Part shown: piece after piece, positions 27,903 through 37,110 of the stretch
Numbering within the stretch: position 1 is the stretch's first letter
How the letters are laid out: the number at the start of each line of letters is the position of its first letter
Virus record (IMG/VR): IMGVR_UViG_3300048901_000018
Location: 1 to 41,838 of that record
Origin: a virus
Lineage: Duplodnaviria; Caudoviricetes
Reading direction: 5' to 3' (one strand)
DNA: 41,838 nt
Position numbers and translations under genes: made by a program
The notes under the pieces: generated by a model
Databases searched by the model: none
What the model was told of the DNA's origin: nothing
What the model saw: only the letters and a program-made list of their open reading frames with translations

Positions 27903-29804
27903 CTAGCGAACGTAACCACGTACTTTATTGCGGGCATACAAAAATGATAGATTGATTATTTCAAGCTTCTTCGCGATCTGACCATGAATCCTGAACTTAA
28001 CAGTTTTGAATTTGATGGGCATTCCAAACAATCGCGGATCGCGTGAACGCCTGCCCATACCATAGCCAGTCTCATTCAACGTTGTCGGATCAATGTTCAC
28101 GTCATCAAAGCCATAACCATAGGCATCGTTACCGACAAAAGCCATCGATATTCCGGGGGAATAGATAACATTTCCATCGACGTCCTTATAAAGATTGTCC
28201 ACAAAAACGTCGAACGTAAATTCAGCGTCGCCTTTTGTAGCGATACTTACGTAGCGGAGTTGTTTTAATTTCATAGGATCTTTGCCATCGATCCAAGGTA
28301 ATTCGAAGTCGATTGGGATCGGATTTCCTTCGTATAACTGCCACATCGTTGAGTTGTTGTCCCGTTCCTGTGCGAACGTGATTCCAGCCACCTTCGCGTG
28401 TGTTGTCATGCATTTCCACACCTCACCTGTAATTGAGTCATAGACCAATCCGCCAGCCGACATTGCGCCAGCATCAGCATTGATCCAGACATAATCCCGA
28501 TCTAGCATCCTGTCAGCGTAGAAATTCTCACCGCCAAACGTACCATTACCACTAAGGAAAACCTTGGTCCCTTGTGCTAGGAACAAACGACCAAGCACGC
28601 TTGTCCATGCGGCAGCCCAGTCCATGTTCTCAAATTCAGACCACGCATGCATCTTTAATCGCGGGTTGAACGTATAACACAAAACCTTGCCATTAGGCAT
28701 GAACAATAAATAATCGTTATTCAGCTTATCATACGCTGAAAAGGCTTTGTTCATTTGTTGATCGTCTGTCAAAGCGCCGACGATTTGTCGATACGCTGGC
28801 GCAATCTGCGTAGAGAGAAAATCCGATGTGAACGAATCTGGTGCGTATAGATTTCGTTTAGCACTTGCCAAGCCATTAAGACCACAGAACATAATATCAT
28901 TTTCAACAGTAGCAATACAACGATTACCCAGAACACCGAACTGAGGAAGGTTGTCTGGAAACTCTGGCGTGTGTATTGGGGGCGTTGCATCATTGTATTT
29001 GCCCAGTTTAATCTGCAAAGTAATATTCTGCATGAACACAAGCAGATAATTTCTAAAGCCAGCTATGCCTCTGATCGCCGCTGCGCCCTCTGGAGCATAC
29101 GCACCAACGTCGATCGCAGGCAACGCATCCGTGGTCGGATCGCCATAGAACGTTCCGCTCGTCCCCTTACCGCTTATGTAGATATACGTGGGATTGCGAG
29201 TGGTGATATTTCCACCTGTGTCGGTCACAACTGTGTTCGCTACAATGTGATAGTTAGCCGCAACGCAGCCGAACTTACCAATTGGAACGTTCACGTTCGA
29301 CCCAGTACCCAAATCTTGAAGATACTTAACAACAAAATTCGAATCGATCACAACGGGCTTGTCTTTGCCGTCATGAATGATCAGGGTATCTTTAAAAGGC
29401 ACAAAGCTAACCTGTGTAACTCCGGTTCGCCAAGCAATAGGCGCTCCGGGCAATGCTGCGGCAATCGCAGTGTTCCAAATCTCAGTGATGATCGTTCCGT
29501 CAAGGGTGGTTGTAAGAATGTTCCCGCTCTGAGTAACGATAATGTTTCTACCGTTGAAATAGTAACCGTCTACAATTGGCGAATTTCTTACAGCCTTTAT
29601 GTCACAATTAAAATTGCTTCCGAAGCGCACAGCTTGCCCTCCGGAAGATTGTCTGTGAAAATTGACCAGAGACACTTGATAATTGGGTTGCATCGACAGG
29701 TCATCATCGATTGCATTCCATCCCCCACCGAAACCACGAAGGGTCGATGAGTCAAGCTTACTCGACGGGCGAGCTTGCTTCCGCTTTTTGAAAGCTGCAA
29801 CCAC
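27903..29804 (-). CDS. Tail nozzle / tubular protein B (P22 gp10-like)
   Basis: 633-aa beta-rich protein, GFGGGWN start, located between adaptor and fibres. Confidence 0.65.
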   Translation of the reverse strand: MVAAFKKRKQARPSSKLDSSTLRGFGGGWNAIDDDLSMQPNYQVSLVNFHRQSSGGQAVRFGSNFNCDIKAVRNSPIVDGYYFNGRNIIVTQSGNILTTTLDGTIITEIWNTAIAAALPGAPIAWRTGVTQVSFVPFKDTLIIHDGKDKPVVIDSNFVVKYLQDLGTGSNVNVPIGKFGCVAANYHIVANTVVTDTGGNITTRNPTYIYISGKGTSGTFYGDPTTDALPAIDVGAYAPEGAAAIRGIAGFRNYLLVFMQNITLQIKLGKYNDATPPIHTPEFPDNLPQFGVLGNRCIATVENDIMFCGLNGLASAKRNLYAPDSFTSDFLSTQIAPAYRQIVGALTDDQQMNKAFSAYDKLNNDYLLFMPNGKVLCYTFNPRLKMHAWSEFENMDWAAAWTSVLGRLFLAQGTKVFLSGNGTFGGENFYADRMLDRDYVWINADAGAMSAGGLVYDSITGEVWKCMTTHAKVAGITFAQERDNNSTMWQLYEGNPIPIDFELPWIDGKDPMKLKQLRYVSIATKGDAEFTFDVFVDNLYKDVDGNVIYSPGISMAFVGNDAYGYGFDDVNIDPTTLNETGYGMGRRSRDPRLFGMPIKFKTVKFRIHGQIAKKLEIINLSFLYARNKVRGYVR

Positions 29805-29831
29805 AGGCTTACTCCGTGTGAGTCACACGAA

Positions 29832-30536
29832 TTACGGATTGGGGCTTGTCGGATACCAATTATAGGGAATCCCGCCACCCGTTGAAGCCGGGGTAATCTT
29901 CCTGCGTGACAAGTTCGAGGTGATCTCTTGGAACCTGTCATCTGCAAGAGTTTGCTGATCCTGAGCCGCCCCACTGTTAAGATCGTCACTCGATAACGTC
30001 ATCCACGCGACGGCATGAACGAGCATATCGTCGTCCAAATCCATCACGTCATCCCATTCCCACGGAGCTAACTTGCCATCCGCAGAAAACTCTCGGGGAT
30101 AATGACGCCAGCAAATAACAATCTTCCCAGTCGTGGTAGGAGGAATGATCTGGATACGCCTGAACTGATAGTCAGGATCAATCGTCGGTAATGCTGTCCA
30201 GAACAAAGCACTCGTACCCTTGAGCATGTTAGGATTGCGTCGTCGGTCTAAGACCGGAATTTGGTAGTTGCTATTTTCGGGAAACACTGCAAAGATATCT
30301 TCGTAGTCCCTCAGATGCTGAAACGTGTCCTCCGTGATCTTGCCGGATATTCCATCCAGATCGACCATCGACCACGAAGTGTACTGATCCCACGGATACT
30401 TCTTGTGGAACATATTGAACGCACGGATGCAGTCGCGAAACATACGGTCATCACCGTAGGTCTGCACGCCTGCACCCGGCACGTCGCCAAGAAGCTCCTG
30501 AGCATCGGTGACTATCTCTCGGATTGTCTTGGCCAT
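29832..30536 (-). CDS. Head-tail adaptor / tubular protein A
   Basis: T.REIV..A..LLGD N-terminal helix; size and position. Confidence 0.6.
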   Translation of the reverse strand: MAKTIREIVTDAQELLGDVPGAGVQTYGDDRMFRDCIRAFNMFHKKYPWDQYTSWSMVDLDGISGKITEDTFQHLRDYEDIFAVFPENSNYQIPVLDRRRNPNMLKGTSALFWTALPTIDPDYQFRRIQIIPPTTTGKIVICWRHYPREFSADGKLAPWEWDDVMDLDDDMLVHAVAWMTLSSDDLNSGAAQDQQTLADDRFQEITSNLSRRKITPASTGGGIPYNWYPTSPNP

Positions 30537-30550
30537 CTGTGTGACTCACA

Positions 30551-31225
30551 CTAAGCGTTGAAAGCCCTGATCCCGTGTAGACCGCCGTTATTGTTGGCGT
30601 TCACGCCGGTATCCGGTCGCATGCACACGATGTACTCCTTGATACCATCAGGCGCAGCCGTGGGGATATACTGTCCACGAGGATCGCCGGTGCTTGCCGT
30701 TGCAGGATCGGTCAAGTCCGCTGCGACGATCTTGGCGAACGCCAGATCGATAAAAGCGCCCGCCTCTTTCACCCACTCAAGCGAGCCCTTCCACGGGAGA
30801 GGCAAGTTCGCCCCACGGGCAACAGTGACCTGCGCCACTGCTGTCGTATGTCCGGGCATGCCTCTTGCACCGAACACACGATAGAACGGCTTCTTCATCG
30901 CGCCACCAGCGACGACGATATCCTCGACCATCGGCTGGCCGAGATAATCTTCGCCGAAGATACGCACACTGGTTGAACCCGTCAGGGCCGTGGTCACGGC
31001 AAGAACAAGGTTCCGTCCATACGGCGAGTCGGTGAACACGATCGGAGAAGCCAGATACCCCGACGCATTGGCCGGAATATCAATCGCCTGCGCACCACCG
31101 GCGGCAAGAGGCCGTCCGAGAGATACGATATTCCCTTCATTCGCACTGAGCGAGCTTGCCCACTGCATACCGGGGACATACATATTGATCCCCTGCATGA
31201 AGCCTGATCGATCACGAAAACCCAT
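30551..31225 (-). CDS. Virion structural protein, possible capsid decoration
   Basis: Gly/Ala-rich, AGGAG RBS, two genes after the capsid gene. Confidence 0.55.
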   Translation of the reverse strand: MGFRDRSGFMQGINMYVPGMQWASSLSANEGNIVSLGRPLAAGGAQAIDIPANASGYLASPIVFTDSPYGRNLVLAVTTALTGSTSVRIFGEDYLGQPMVEDIVVAGGAMKKPFYRVFGARGMPGHTTAVAQVTVARGANLPLPWKGSLEWVKEAGAFIDLAFAKIVAADLTDPATASTGDPRGQYIPTAAPDGIKEYIVCMRPDTGVNANNNGGLHGIRAFNA

Positions 31226-31239
31226 CTGTCTCTCCTATG

Positions 31240-31656
31240 TTATGCTGCTCTTTCATCTTCATCGAGGTCACGGGGAACATAATCCGTGACTTCAACCTTG
31301 CCGCGAGCCTCGGCCAAATTAATGACCATCTGTTCAAGCTCGCGATAGCTCGCCATACGGAGATGTGGGTCTTGGGAGAGGAACATCTTCCCTAACGGGG
31401 AATTGGGATCGTTGAGACCGTTAAGTTCGATGATCTTCGGCTCCTTGTGGAGTTGATAATGACGAAGCATTGCAAGCGACTTGACCCTAATCGCGTGTCC
31501 ACGGGGAAAATAAACGAGGTATCCCGCATCTTCATCCACAAGCTTCTTCTTGATTCCGTCTTTGGTCCAATAATGCTTCTCGCGTTTGACCGAGCCTTCT
31601 TGTTTGACGACGACATATGCGAGCCTTGAACCATTGAGAATCCCGTTGATAGCCAT
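31240..31656 (-). CDS. Hypothetical protein
   Basis: Palindrome plus GGAG RBS upstream. Confidence 0.7.
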   Translation of the reverse strand: MAINGILNGSRLAYVVVKQEGSVKREKHYWTKDGIKKKLVDEDAGYLVYFPRGHAIRVKSLAMLRHYQLHKEPKIIELNGLNDPNSPLGKMFLSQDPHLRMASYRELEQMVINLAEARGKVEVTDYVPRDLDEDERAA

Positions 31657-31680
31657 TTTCGATCTCCGTGTGAGTCACAC

Positions 31681-31699
31681 ACGAACGCAGAGCGTTCGT
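31681..31699 (-). terminator. Hairpin after the capsid gene (possible partial terminator or stabiliser)
   Basis: ACGAACGC-AGA-GCGTTCGT abutting the palindrome at 31668; no U-tract. Confidence 0.4.
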
Positions 31700-32667
31700 T
31701 ATGAGTTGGTCAGATAAGCGTGGGTGCGGTATTGCCTCCACGTGCAAAGCTGACCTTCCCAGACAACACGGCGGCCGGTGGCATCCATGTTCCAAGGAGA
31801 CGACAGCTTCTTGATCCGCATGTTGCACCCTCGAAGAACGTGCAACGTCAGATATTCCTCGTTGATGAAGTAAGCATCTTGCGACGCTAACTTCTCGTCA
31901 AAAAGGAGCGGAACCCCATTGTGGGTAGTGCCGGAGATTCCGAGATTGACGAGCTTGCGACCTGTGCCGGAATCCTTGAGCTGAATTTGCTGCTTGTCTC
32001 TCGCCGCAGCTTTGTGCATCCGGTAGATGTTTCTGCCGGCAAAGATAACCGTGGGTCGCGGAGAAGATTGCCCGTCCGTCGATCGGTTAAGGTCGAGTTC
32101 GAGGATATCATCGAAGGCTTCCTCGATGTTCTCCGGCGAAAGTGTACCGTTGAAATCATAGGAAGAACTCCTCCACTGAGACTCATTGGCTAAGTTGATA
32201 CCGCCAACCACACCAACAGTAGGATCAGCAGGAATAAGATTCCCAAGACCGTTCGGGTCACTGCCCGATCCGATAGAGGTGTGGTAGGTGGCGAACTTGC
32301 GCTTAATGGATTCGTCAAGGGCTTGGATTTTTCCCTTGAGGATTTTGAAGATTTCCGCCCGTCCTTGGTTTTCATCTTCTTCCTGATCCGAAATGATGAG
32401 CGAACCCACCACTCTCGACATGAAATATTCAACAGTCGAGAACTCGTTCGTCTGATCGATCGACACAGTATCGTAATACTGCATCGACTGAACGTTCGGA
32501 TTGAGTCCGGTAATCAGCGGATTAGTGATCTGAGGACCGCCATCCTCGGTGACCACACGCTTTTTAGCGTGCAGATAGGCACTGACAGTGCCGCTGATCG
32601 CGGAAGCCATGATAAGCTTTGCCCGCGATCGATCCAACATTGCGTGGATGATTGTATCCAGTACCAT
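31699..32667 (-). CDS. Major capsid protein (322 aa)
   Basis: Start reassigned to ATG 32667 (MVLDTIIH). GGPQITNPL, PNGLGNLI, VGGINL...SQWR and HNGVPLLFD fit HK97-fold podovirus capsids; follows portal and scaffold. Confidence 0.85.
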   Translation of the reverse strand: MVLDTIIHAMLDRSRAKLIMASAISGTVSAYLHAKKRVVTEDGGPQITNPLITGLNPNVQSMQYYDTVSIDQTNEFSTVEYFMSRVVGSLIISDQEEDENQGRAEIFKILKGKIQALDESIKRKFATYHTSIGSGSDPNGLGNLIPADPTVGVVGGINLANESQWRSSSYDFNGTLSPENIEEAFDDILELDLNRSTDGQSSPRPTVIFAGRNIYRMHKAAARDKQQIQLKDSGTGRKLVNLGISGTTHNGVPLLFDEKLASQDAYFINEEYLTLHVLRGCNMRIKKLSSPWNMDATGRRVVWEGQLCTWRQYRTHAYLTNS

Positions 32668-32695
32668 GACTTCACCCTTGTGTGACTCACACGAA

Positions 32696-33871
32696 CTATC
32701 TACGGGCTCCGCCCAAGACTTCTCGTATGATTGCGTCGTATGACATACTGGGGTGAGCAGGTCCAGCGTTAGACCCTCTTCCCCTGTCACCACCGGATGG
32801 GGCCATACCCTGCCCATTCGGTAGACTCCGCGAAGGTTGCCCTCCGGGGTTGCCACTTAGTCGCTGTCTCTGACTGCGGCTTGGCGGTTGTCGTGGATCA
32901 ACGCCATTCCGAATCAGGTGAAGTTGCACCTTGTCCCAAATTTCTCCCAGTGACATATGCTGAAACCGGGGTTGTTGTAAAACGGCATGGAATACGTGAG
33001 TGTATGGAACTGCCTCGGGCGTATTTCCAAAGAACGTCTGTACTTGTCTCTCCGCTTGTTGGAGGTATTGGGAATCTACTTCTTGCCTTTGCTGAGCCTC
33101 ACGCTGCTGTTGCGTGTACTGCTGAACAGGAGCAATACCAGCTTGGATTTCTCTCCGAATTTGCTCCACGAGAGTTTTCGGATCGATCGACTTGTTATCC
33201 ATTCCTAACTGTGATATATCTATACCAGATAATGCCGCCCTTGTCAAGAGGTTTTTTAGCACGCCCACCGGATCGGTTTGCGCTTGTTTGTAGTACCCCG
33301 CAGCCTCAATAAGACCCTCTTTTGGCAGATCGTAAGCATTGATCTGTTTCATTGTACTCTTCAAATCAGAGAGTTCTTTCTCAAAGGCGAGCCCTATCTC
33401 CACGGCTCGGTTGAGCTTTCCACGCTCTTGTTGCATCTGGTTCTGTATATTACCAGTTGCAGCACGAATATAGTCTGTTGCCTGTTTATGAACTCGCTGA
33501 TAAATACGGGCTTCCGACCCTGCCCGTGCAATGAGTTCTCCAGTTCGAGAATCGACAAGATTACCTTTCTTATCTTGCCTGAATGTCGCTCTAGGATCGA
33601 ACTTAAGCGCATTTTGGCGCAACGGATCAGGTGCCTGTTGACGTGGTTCACCGCGGAACTGCTGATCTTCAAATCTCTGTTGGGGTTCACGTTGTTGTTC
33701 GTGTGATTCAAACGAAGGATCGTCAGGTTCGTTCGGTTGGCCTTGATCCGGTTCTTCACTTTCATCACCCCAATCGAGTTGCGTAGTCGGAGCCAAATCC
33801 TCATCGGTCAAACCCAAGGAGTCCTTAATAACGTCCATACCAACCTTGTCGTCACCATCTAGATCGGGCAT
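32696..33871 (-). CDS. Capsid scaffolding protein
   Basis: Acidic disordered N-terminus and Gln-rich coiled coil, between portal and capsid. Confidence 0.7.
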   Translation of the reverse strand: MPDLDGDDKVGMDVIKDSLGLTDEDLAPTTQLDWGDESEEPDQGQPNEPDDPSFESHEQQREPQQRFEDQQFRGEPRQQAPDPLRQNALKFDPRATFRQDKKGNLVDSRTGELIARAGSEARIYQRVHKQATDYIRAATGNIQNQMQQERGKLNRAVEIGLAFEKELSDLKSTMKQINAYDLPKEGLIEAAGYYKQAQTDPVGVLKNLLTRAALSGIDISQLGMDNKSIDPKTLVEQIRREIQAGIAPVQQYTQQQREAQQRQEVDSQYLQQAERQVQTFFGNTPEAVPYTHVFHAVLQQPRFQHMSLGEIWDKVQLHLIRNGVDPRQPPSRSQRQRLSGNPGGQPSRSLPNGQGMAPSGGDRGRGSNAGPAHPSMSYDAIIREVLGGARR

Positions 33872-33880
33872 TTACTGCTC

Positions 33881-36148
33881 CTATTGCATCGTTGGGGTTA
33901 TAGGCTGAACTTGACTTGTGGGGGGTGGTCCCCCCGGAGGCTGACCTGTGGGTGGTGGCGCACCTCCGCCTTGCGTTTGTGCTACTGCCTGCTTTAAGAA
34001 TGCAGCAATCTCCTCTGGTGCAGCACCCTGAGCGTGCATCTGCATCACCTTTTGTTTCACCTCAGGAGGCAGATTTGCCAACTCAGGCGGAATACCAGAG
34101 GCTCCGCCTCCCTCAGTAGCCGCACTCGGCTGGTTCTGTCCCGGCTGTGGTGGCGCTTGCGCCCCAGTCGAGTTGCCACGAGCCAAGTTCGCAACCATTT
34201 CTTGTTCCATCAAATCCCAATCCTCGGGCTTGATGACAACCTCGGTGAAGGCTTGTTCAAGAACTCTCAGCGCAACCTTCATCGACGTCATCGGGGCGGC
34301 CGAAGCGAATTGGCCTATGGCCTGAGCGACTTGGATGGCTTCTTTCTTCTTAAACACGGAGTTCGGTTTCTCGCTCGTACCGGGAACGATGTCCAGAGCA
34401 AATTTCGTATTGTATTGGTCGCGGGTCATGTTGACCCAAGGTTCAGCCAGCTTACTTCCCACAAGCGTTGTAACCTCGTCCTTACTCATATTCTGAACGC
34501 ATTGCTCCAAGAGAGCTTTACATAGATCAGCCAGAACGTCCTCAACTACTTCGATCTTCGCCCCCACACTCATCCTAGCGGCATCTTGATATGATTGTAC
34601 CGAAGCTTCGTTTGTGTTCGTTTTGAATTGAACACCACGAATAGCATCTGAAGTATTCGATATCCGATTAATCGAATTGATCGTCGGTTCCTTGTTGAAT
34701 AGTGCCTCATAGTTGAGTGAGGGAGGAACCAATGCTTCAAATACGTCACCGATCTTAGAACCTTCTGGAACCTTAACGCCAATGACAGACTGCTCATCGA
34801 CAAACCCCCTCTTCACTGCTTGCATGAGGATTTCAGCATCGGCAGGTGAAAGCTTGTGCGAGTTGTAAAAGAAGAAATTGAATATCGAATTTCTGATCCT
34901 CGCAACCTGACGATTGATCTGATTGATCTCGTCTTGCTGGTCTAAGTAGTAGGATACTTCACCGACGGTAGTAGTCTGTCCAGTAGACAGCCCGAATCCA
35001 AGAATGAAGTAAGGAAAAAATCTCGTTGTTTTAGTATAATCGTCCCATATCCAAAGCGGATATGTCCAATCATCAGCGGCGAACAAGGAGGTACGTCGTG
35101 TAGACTTGTCCCAAAATAGCCAGCACTCAGTATAATACAAAGACCGATATCCAGAGACTTCCTCATTCTCTTGAAGCGAAGTCTCTCCGCTAAGAGATTC
35201 GAGGACAAGGCCAAATGCATCGTCCTTCTGAGACTGTGACCCCGCGGTGAACGTCGCCTTGTGCGTCGGCTTGAACACGTAATACCAACAGTCACCATCT
35301 TCCTCCTTGCGAGTGAATTTGTGCTTGAGAAATGCTGTAGGAAAATAACATCTCTCAGCCATCCAATTGGCATCGGTCCCATCTGGCATCTCTGCCACTG
35401 GATCGACAACCAAATTCTTTGCCATAATGTTTCGCAGCTTTGGTCCTCCCGGCTCGAACACGCTCGCAACAGATTCAATCGCGGCGAGCTTGCCATAAGC
35501 ACTTTCCAAAGCCCTTTGGCTTTTGGCCTTCTCAATCTCTTGTGTGACGTCCATCAACTCTTTCAGCACAGAATCGACTGAATCAGTTTTGAGAACGTAA
35601 TCCAATTTGAGCACTCCGAAATTGGTCATCAGAGCGATGCCAACTGCCTTCTTGACCTTCGGCTTGCAATTGAGAAGATTCTTACCCTTGAGCAAAGCGT
35701 TCAAGAGAGAACGAGCACACTCCGCGAACTTCTCGTCCTCTTTATCTGTCGTGTTCACAGCAATGTCAGGATCGCGACCATAAACAGCAGGAAGCATAAC
35801 GTTAACATTAGAATAGACGACGTTCTCTGTGACGTCACCACGATGGAAAACGCCTTTGCTGCTATCCGAAACTTTGACTTGATGGTTGTTGTAATAGGCA
35901 AAGCACTGCTCCCAAGCGTCATGGATAAGCTCGTTCGCCTTTAACGCACTGTCAACCATCGTGCGGCAAAGAGCCCCGAACGCTTTCGACACAGGAATCT
36001 TCGAGTCAGGGAAAACCTGATAGACCGGCGGCTCTTTTTTGTTGACCTTATCCTGAGGCTTTTTGCCATCGATAAAGTCATTCACATCGAACAGATCGCC
36101 TTGGGGATCGTCGTTGTCGCCCATGTCATAGTCTTGATTGTCAGCCAT
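33881..36148 (-). CDS. Portal protein
   Basis: 755 aa; NVVYSNVNVMLPAVYGRDPDIAV, YLDQQDEINQINRQ, Pro/Gln tail; downstream of terminase. Confidence 0.85.
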   Translation of the reverse strand: MADNQDYDMGDNDDPQGDLFDVNDFIDGKKPQDKVNKKEPPVYQVFPDSKIPVSKAFGALCRTMVDSALKANELIHDAWEQCFAYYNNHQVKVSDSSKGVFHRGDVTENVVYSNVNVMLPAVYGRDPDIAVNTTDKEDEKFAECARSLLNALLKGKNLLNCKPKVKKAVGIALMTNFGVLKLDYVLKTDSVDSVLKELMDVTQEIEKAKSQRALESAYGKLAAIESVASVFEPGGPKLRNIMAKNLVVDPVAEMPDGTDANWMAERCYFPTAFLKHKFTRKEEDGDCWYYVFKPTHKATFTAGSQSQKDDAFGLVLESLSGETSLQENEEVSGYRSLYYTECWLFWDKSTRRTSLFAADDWTYPLWIWDDYTKTTRFFPYFILGFGLSTGQTTTVGEVSYYLDQQDEINQINRQVARIRNSIFNFFFYNSHKLSPADAEILMQAVKRGFVDEQSVIGVKVPEGSKIGDVFEALVPPSLNYEALFNKEPTINSINRISNTSDAIRGVQFKTNTNEASVQSYQDAARMSVGAKIEVVEDVLADLCKALLEQCVQNMSKDEVTTLVGSKLAEPWVNMTRDQYNTKFALDIVPGTSEKPNSVFKKKEAIQVAQAIGQFASAAPMTSMKVALRVLEQAFTEVVIKPEDWDLMEQEMVANLARGNSTGAQAPPQPGQNQPSAATEGGGASGIPPELANLPPEVKQKVMQMHAQGAAPEEIAAFLKQAVAQTQGGGAPPPTGQPPGGPPPTSQVQPITPTMQ

Positions 36149-36181
36149 AACTTTTCCCCGCCGTGTGAGTCACACGAAAAC

Positions 36182-36487
36182 TCAAAAGTTCGCTTCAAGT
36201 CCAAACAAGTCTCGGCAAATCTGCTCGCGGATTGTATTCTTCACGATTATTGAGTCGAAGGGATTAATAATATTGTAAGCATAATCGTGAATGCAATTAG
36301 CGAGGAGAACTTGGTTATTAACGAGTGTCTCATAGATCGGCTGTTGATTTTCATCGGCAGTGGTCACAAGATCGCGGTTCAGATCAATATTCGGAGCCTG
36401 CTCGACAAATGAATCGTACAGGCTATTATAGCTCGGATTATAATACTTGATCACGTTCAAAGACGAAATGACATCATCAACAGTCAT
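36182..36487 (-). CDS. Hypothetical protein
   Basis: GGGGGAAGG RBS before ATG 36487 (MTVDDV), 1 nt after the upstream stop. Confidence 0.65.
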   Translation of the reverse strand: MTVDDVISSLNVIKYYNPSYNSLYDSFVEQAPNIDLNRDLVTTADENQQPIYETLVNNQVLLANCIHDYAYNIINPFDSIIVKNTIREQICRDLFGLEANF

Positions 36488-36488
36488 G

Positions 36489-36662
36489 TTACCTTCCCCC
36501 GTCACAACGTATGATCTGAACAATTGTTCTGGCAAGCGCCCGACACTGTATCCTTGCATTCTGTGCGTCGATTTCAGCTTGCGTGTATACAACCGGCTCC
36601 CTTGCGTTGACCCAACAACCACCTAGCGGCAGGATCAACAAAACAATCAGGATTCTCCACAT
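36489..36662 (-). CDS. 57-aa lipoprotein, o-spanin-like candidate, not in the ORF track
   Basis: Manual translation MWRILIVLLILPLGGCWVNAREPVVYTQAEIDAQNARIQCRALARTIVQIIRCDGGR; lipobox LGGC. Confidence 0.7.
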   Translation of the reverse strand: MWRILIVLLILPLGGCWVNAREPVVYTQAEIDAQNARIQCRALARTIVQIIRCDGGR

Positions 36663-36663
36663 C

Positions 36664-36828
36664 TCAGTGAATCCCCGTTACACGCCCCAATCCGCCAATG
36701 AGTTCGCTCGCAATCCACAGCGCAACAGAGAGCGGCAACAAATTCCATCCGCTCACGCTTGCAAGCCTCACCGCCACACACGCAATCACAAACGCGAACA
36801 CCAACAGGATCAGACCAACATTTGCCAT
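36664..36828 (-). CDS. 54-aa two-TM membrane protein, holin-like candidate, not in the ORF track
   Basis: AGGAGG RBS; MANVGLILLVFAFVIACVAVRLASVSGWNLLPLSVALWIASELIGGLGRVTGIH. Confidence 0.7.
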   Translation of the reverse strand: MANVGLILLVFAFVIACVAVRLASVSGWNLLPLSVALWIASELIGGLGRVTGIH

Positions 36829-36837
36829 GACTTCCTC

Positions 36838-37098
36838 CTATTTTTTAGTTACTGCGTCTACGATTCGGTCTATTCTTTCTTTGTTTGCCTTTGCTTGGCT
36901 TTCCAGCGACGTTAGGCGAGACTCTTGCTTTTCGTCTTGGAGACTTCCCCTTGTCTCCAGTGTACTCACCCTTGACTCTAGCCTTACCGAATATGCTATC
37001 AGACTGCCCAGTATCCCCAAAAATGCCACCAGTTGTCCTAGAAGAAAAAAGACCAGTGTGTGATTTTCTCGATACCATGATCTAACTCGCTCAATCAT
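36838..37098 (-). CDS. Single-TM plus coiled-coil protein (holin or i-spanin-like candidate)
   Basis: LVFFLLGQLVAFLGILGSLIAY followed by heptad repeats. Confidence 0.65.
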   Translation of the reverse strand: MIERVRSWYRENHTLVFFLLGQLVAFLGILGSLIAYSVRLESRVSTLETRGSLQDEKQESRLTSLESQAKANKERIDRIVDAVTKK

Positions 37099-37110
37099 GT
37101 GTGAATCACA

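Noticed and set aside
31699-32856. 385-aa capsid ORF as given in the track
   Set aside because: The N-terminal extension overlaps the scaffold gene. ATG 32667 after the palindrome and RBS is the more plausible start.
36182-36622. 146-aa ORF as given in the track
   Set aside because: Its first 45 codons overlap the lipoprotein ORF in another frame. The RBS-supported start is 36487.
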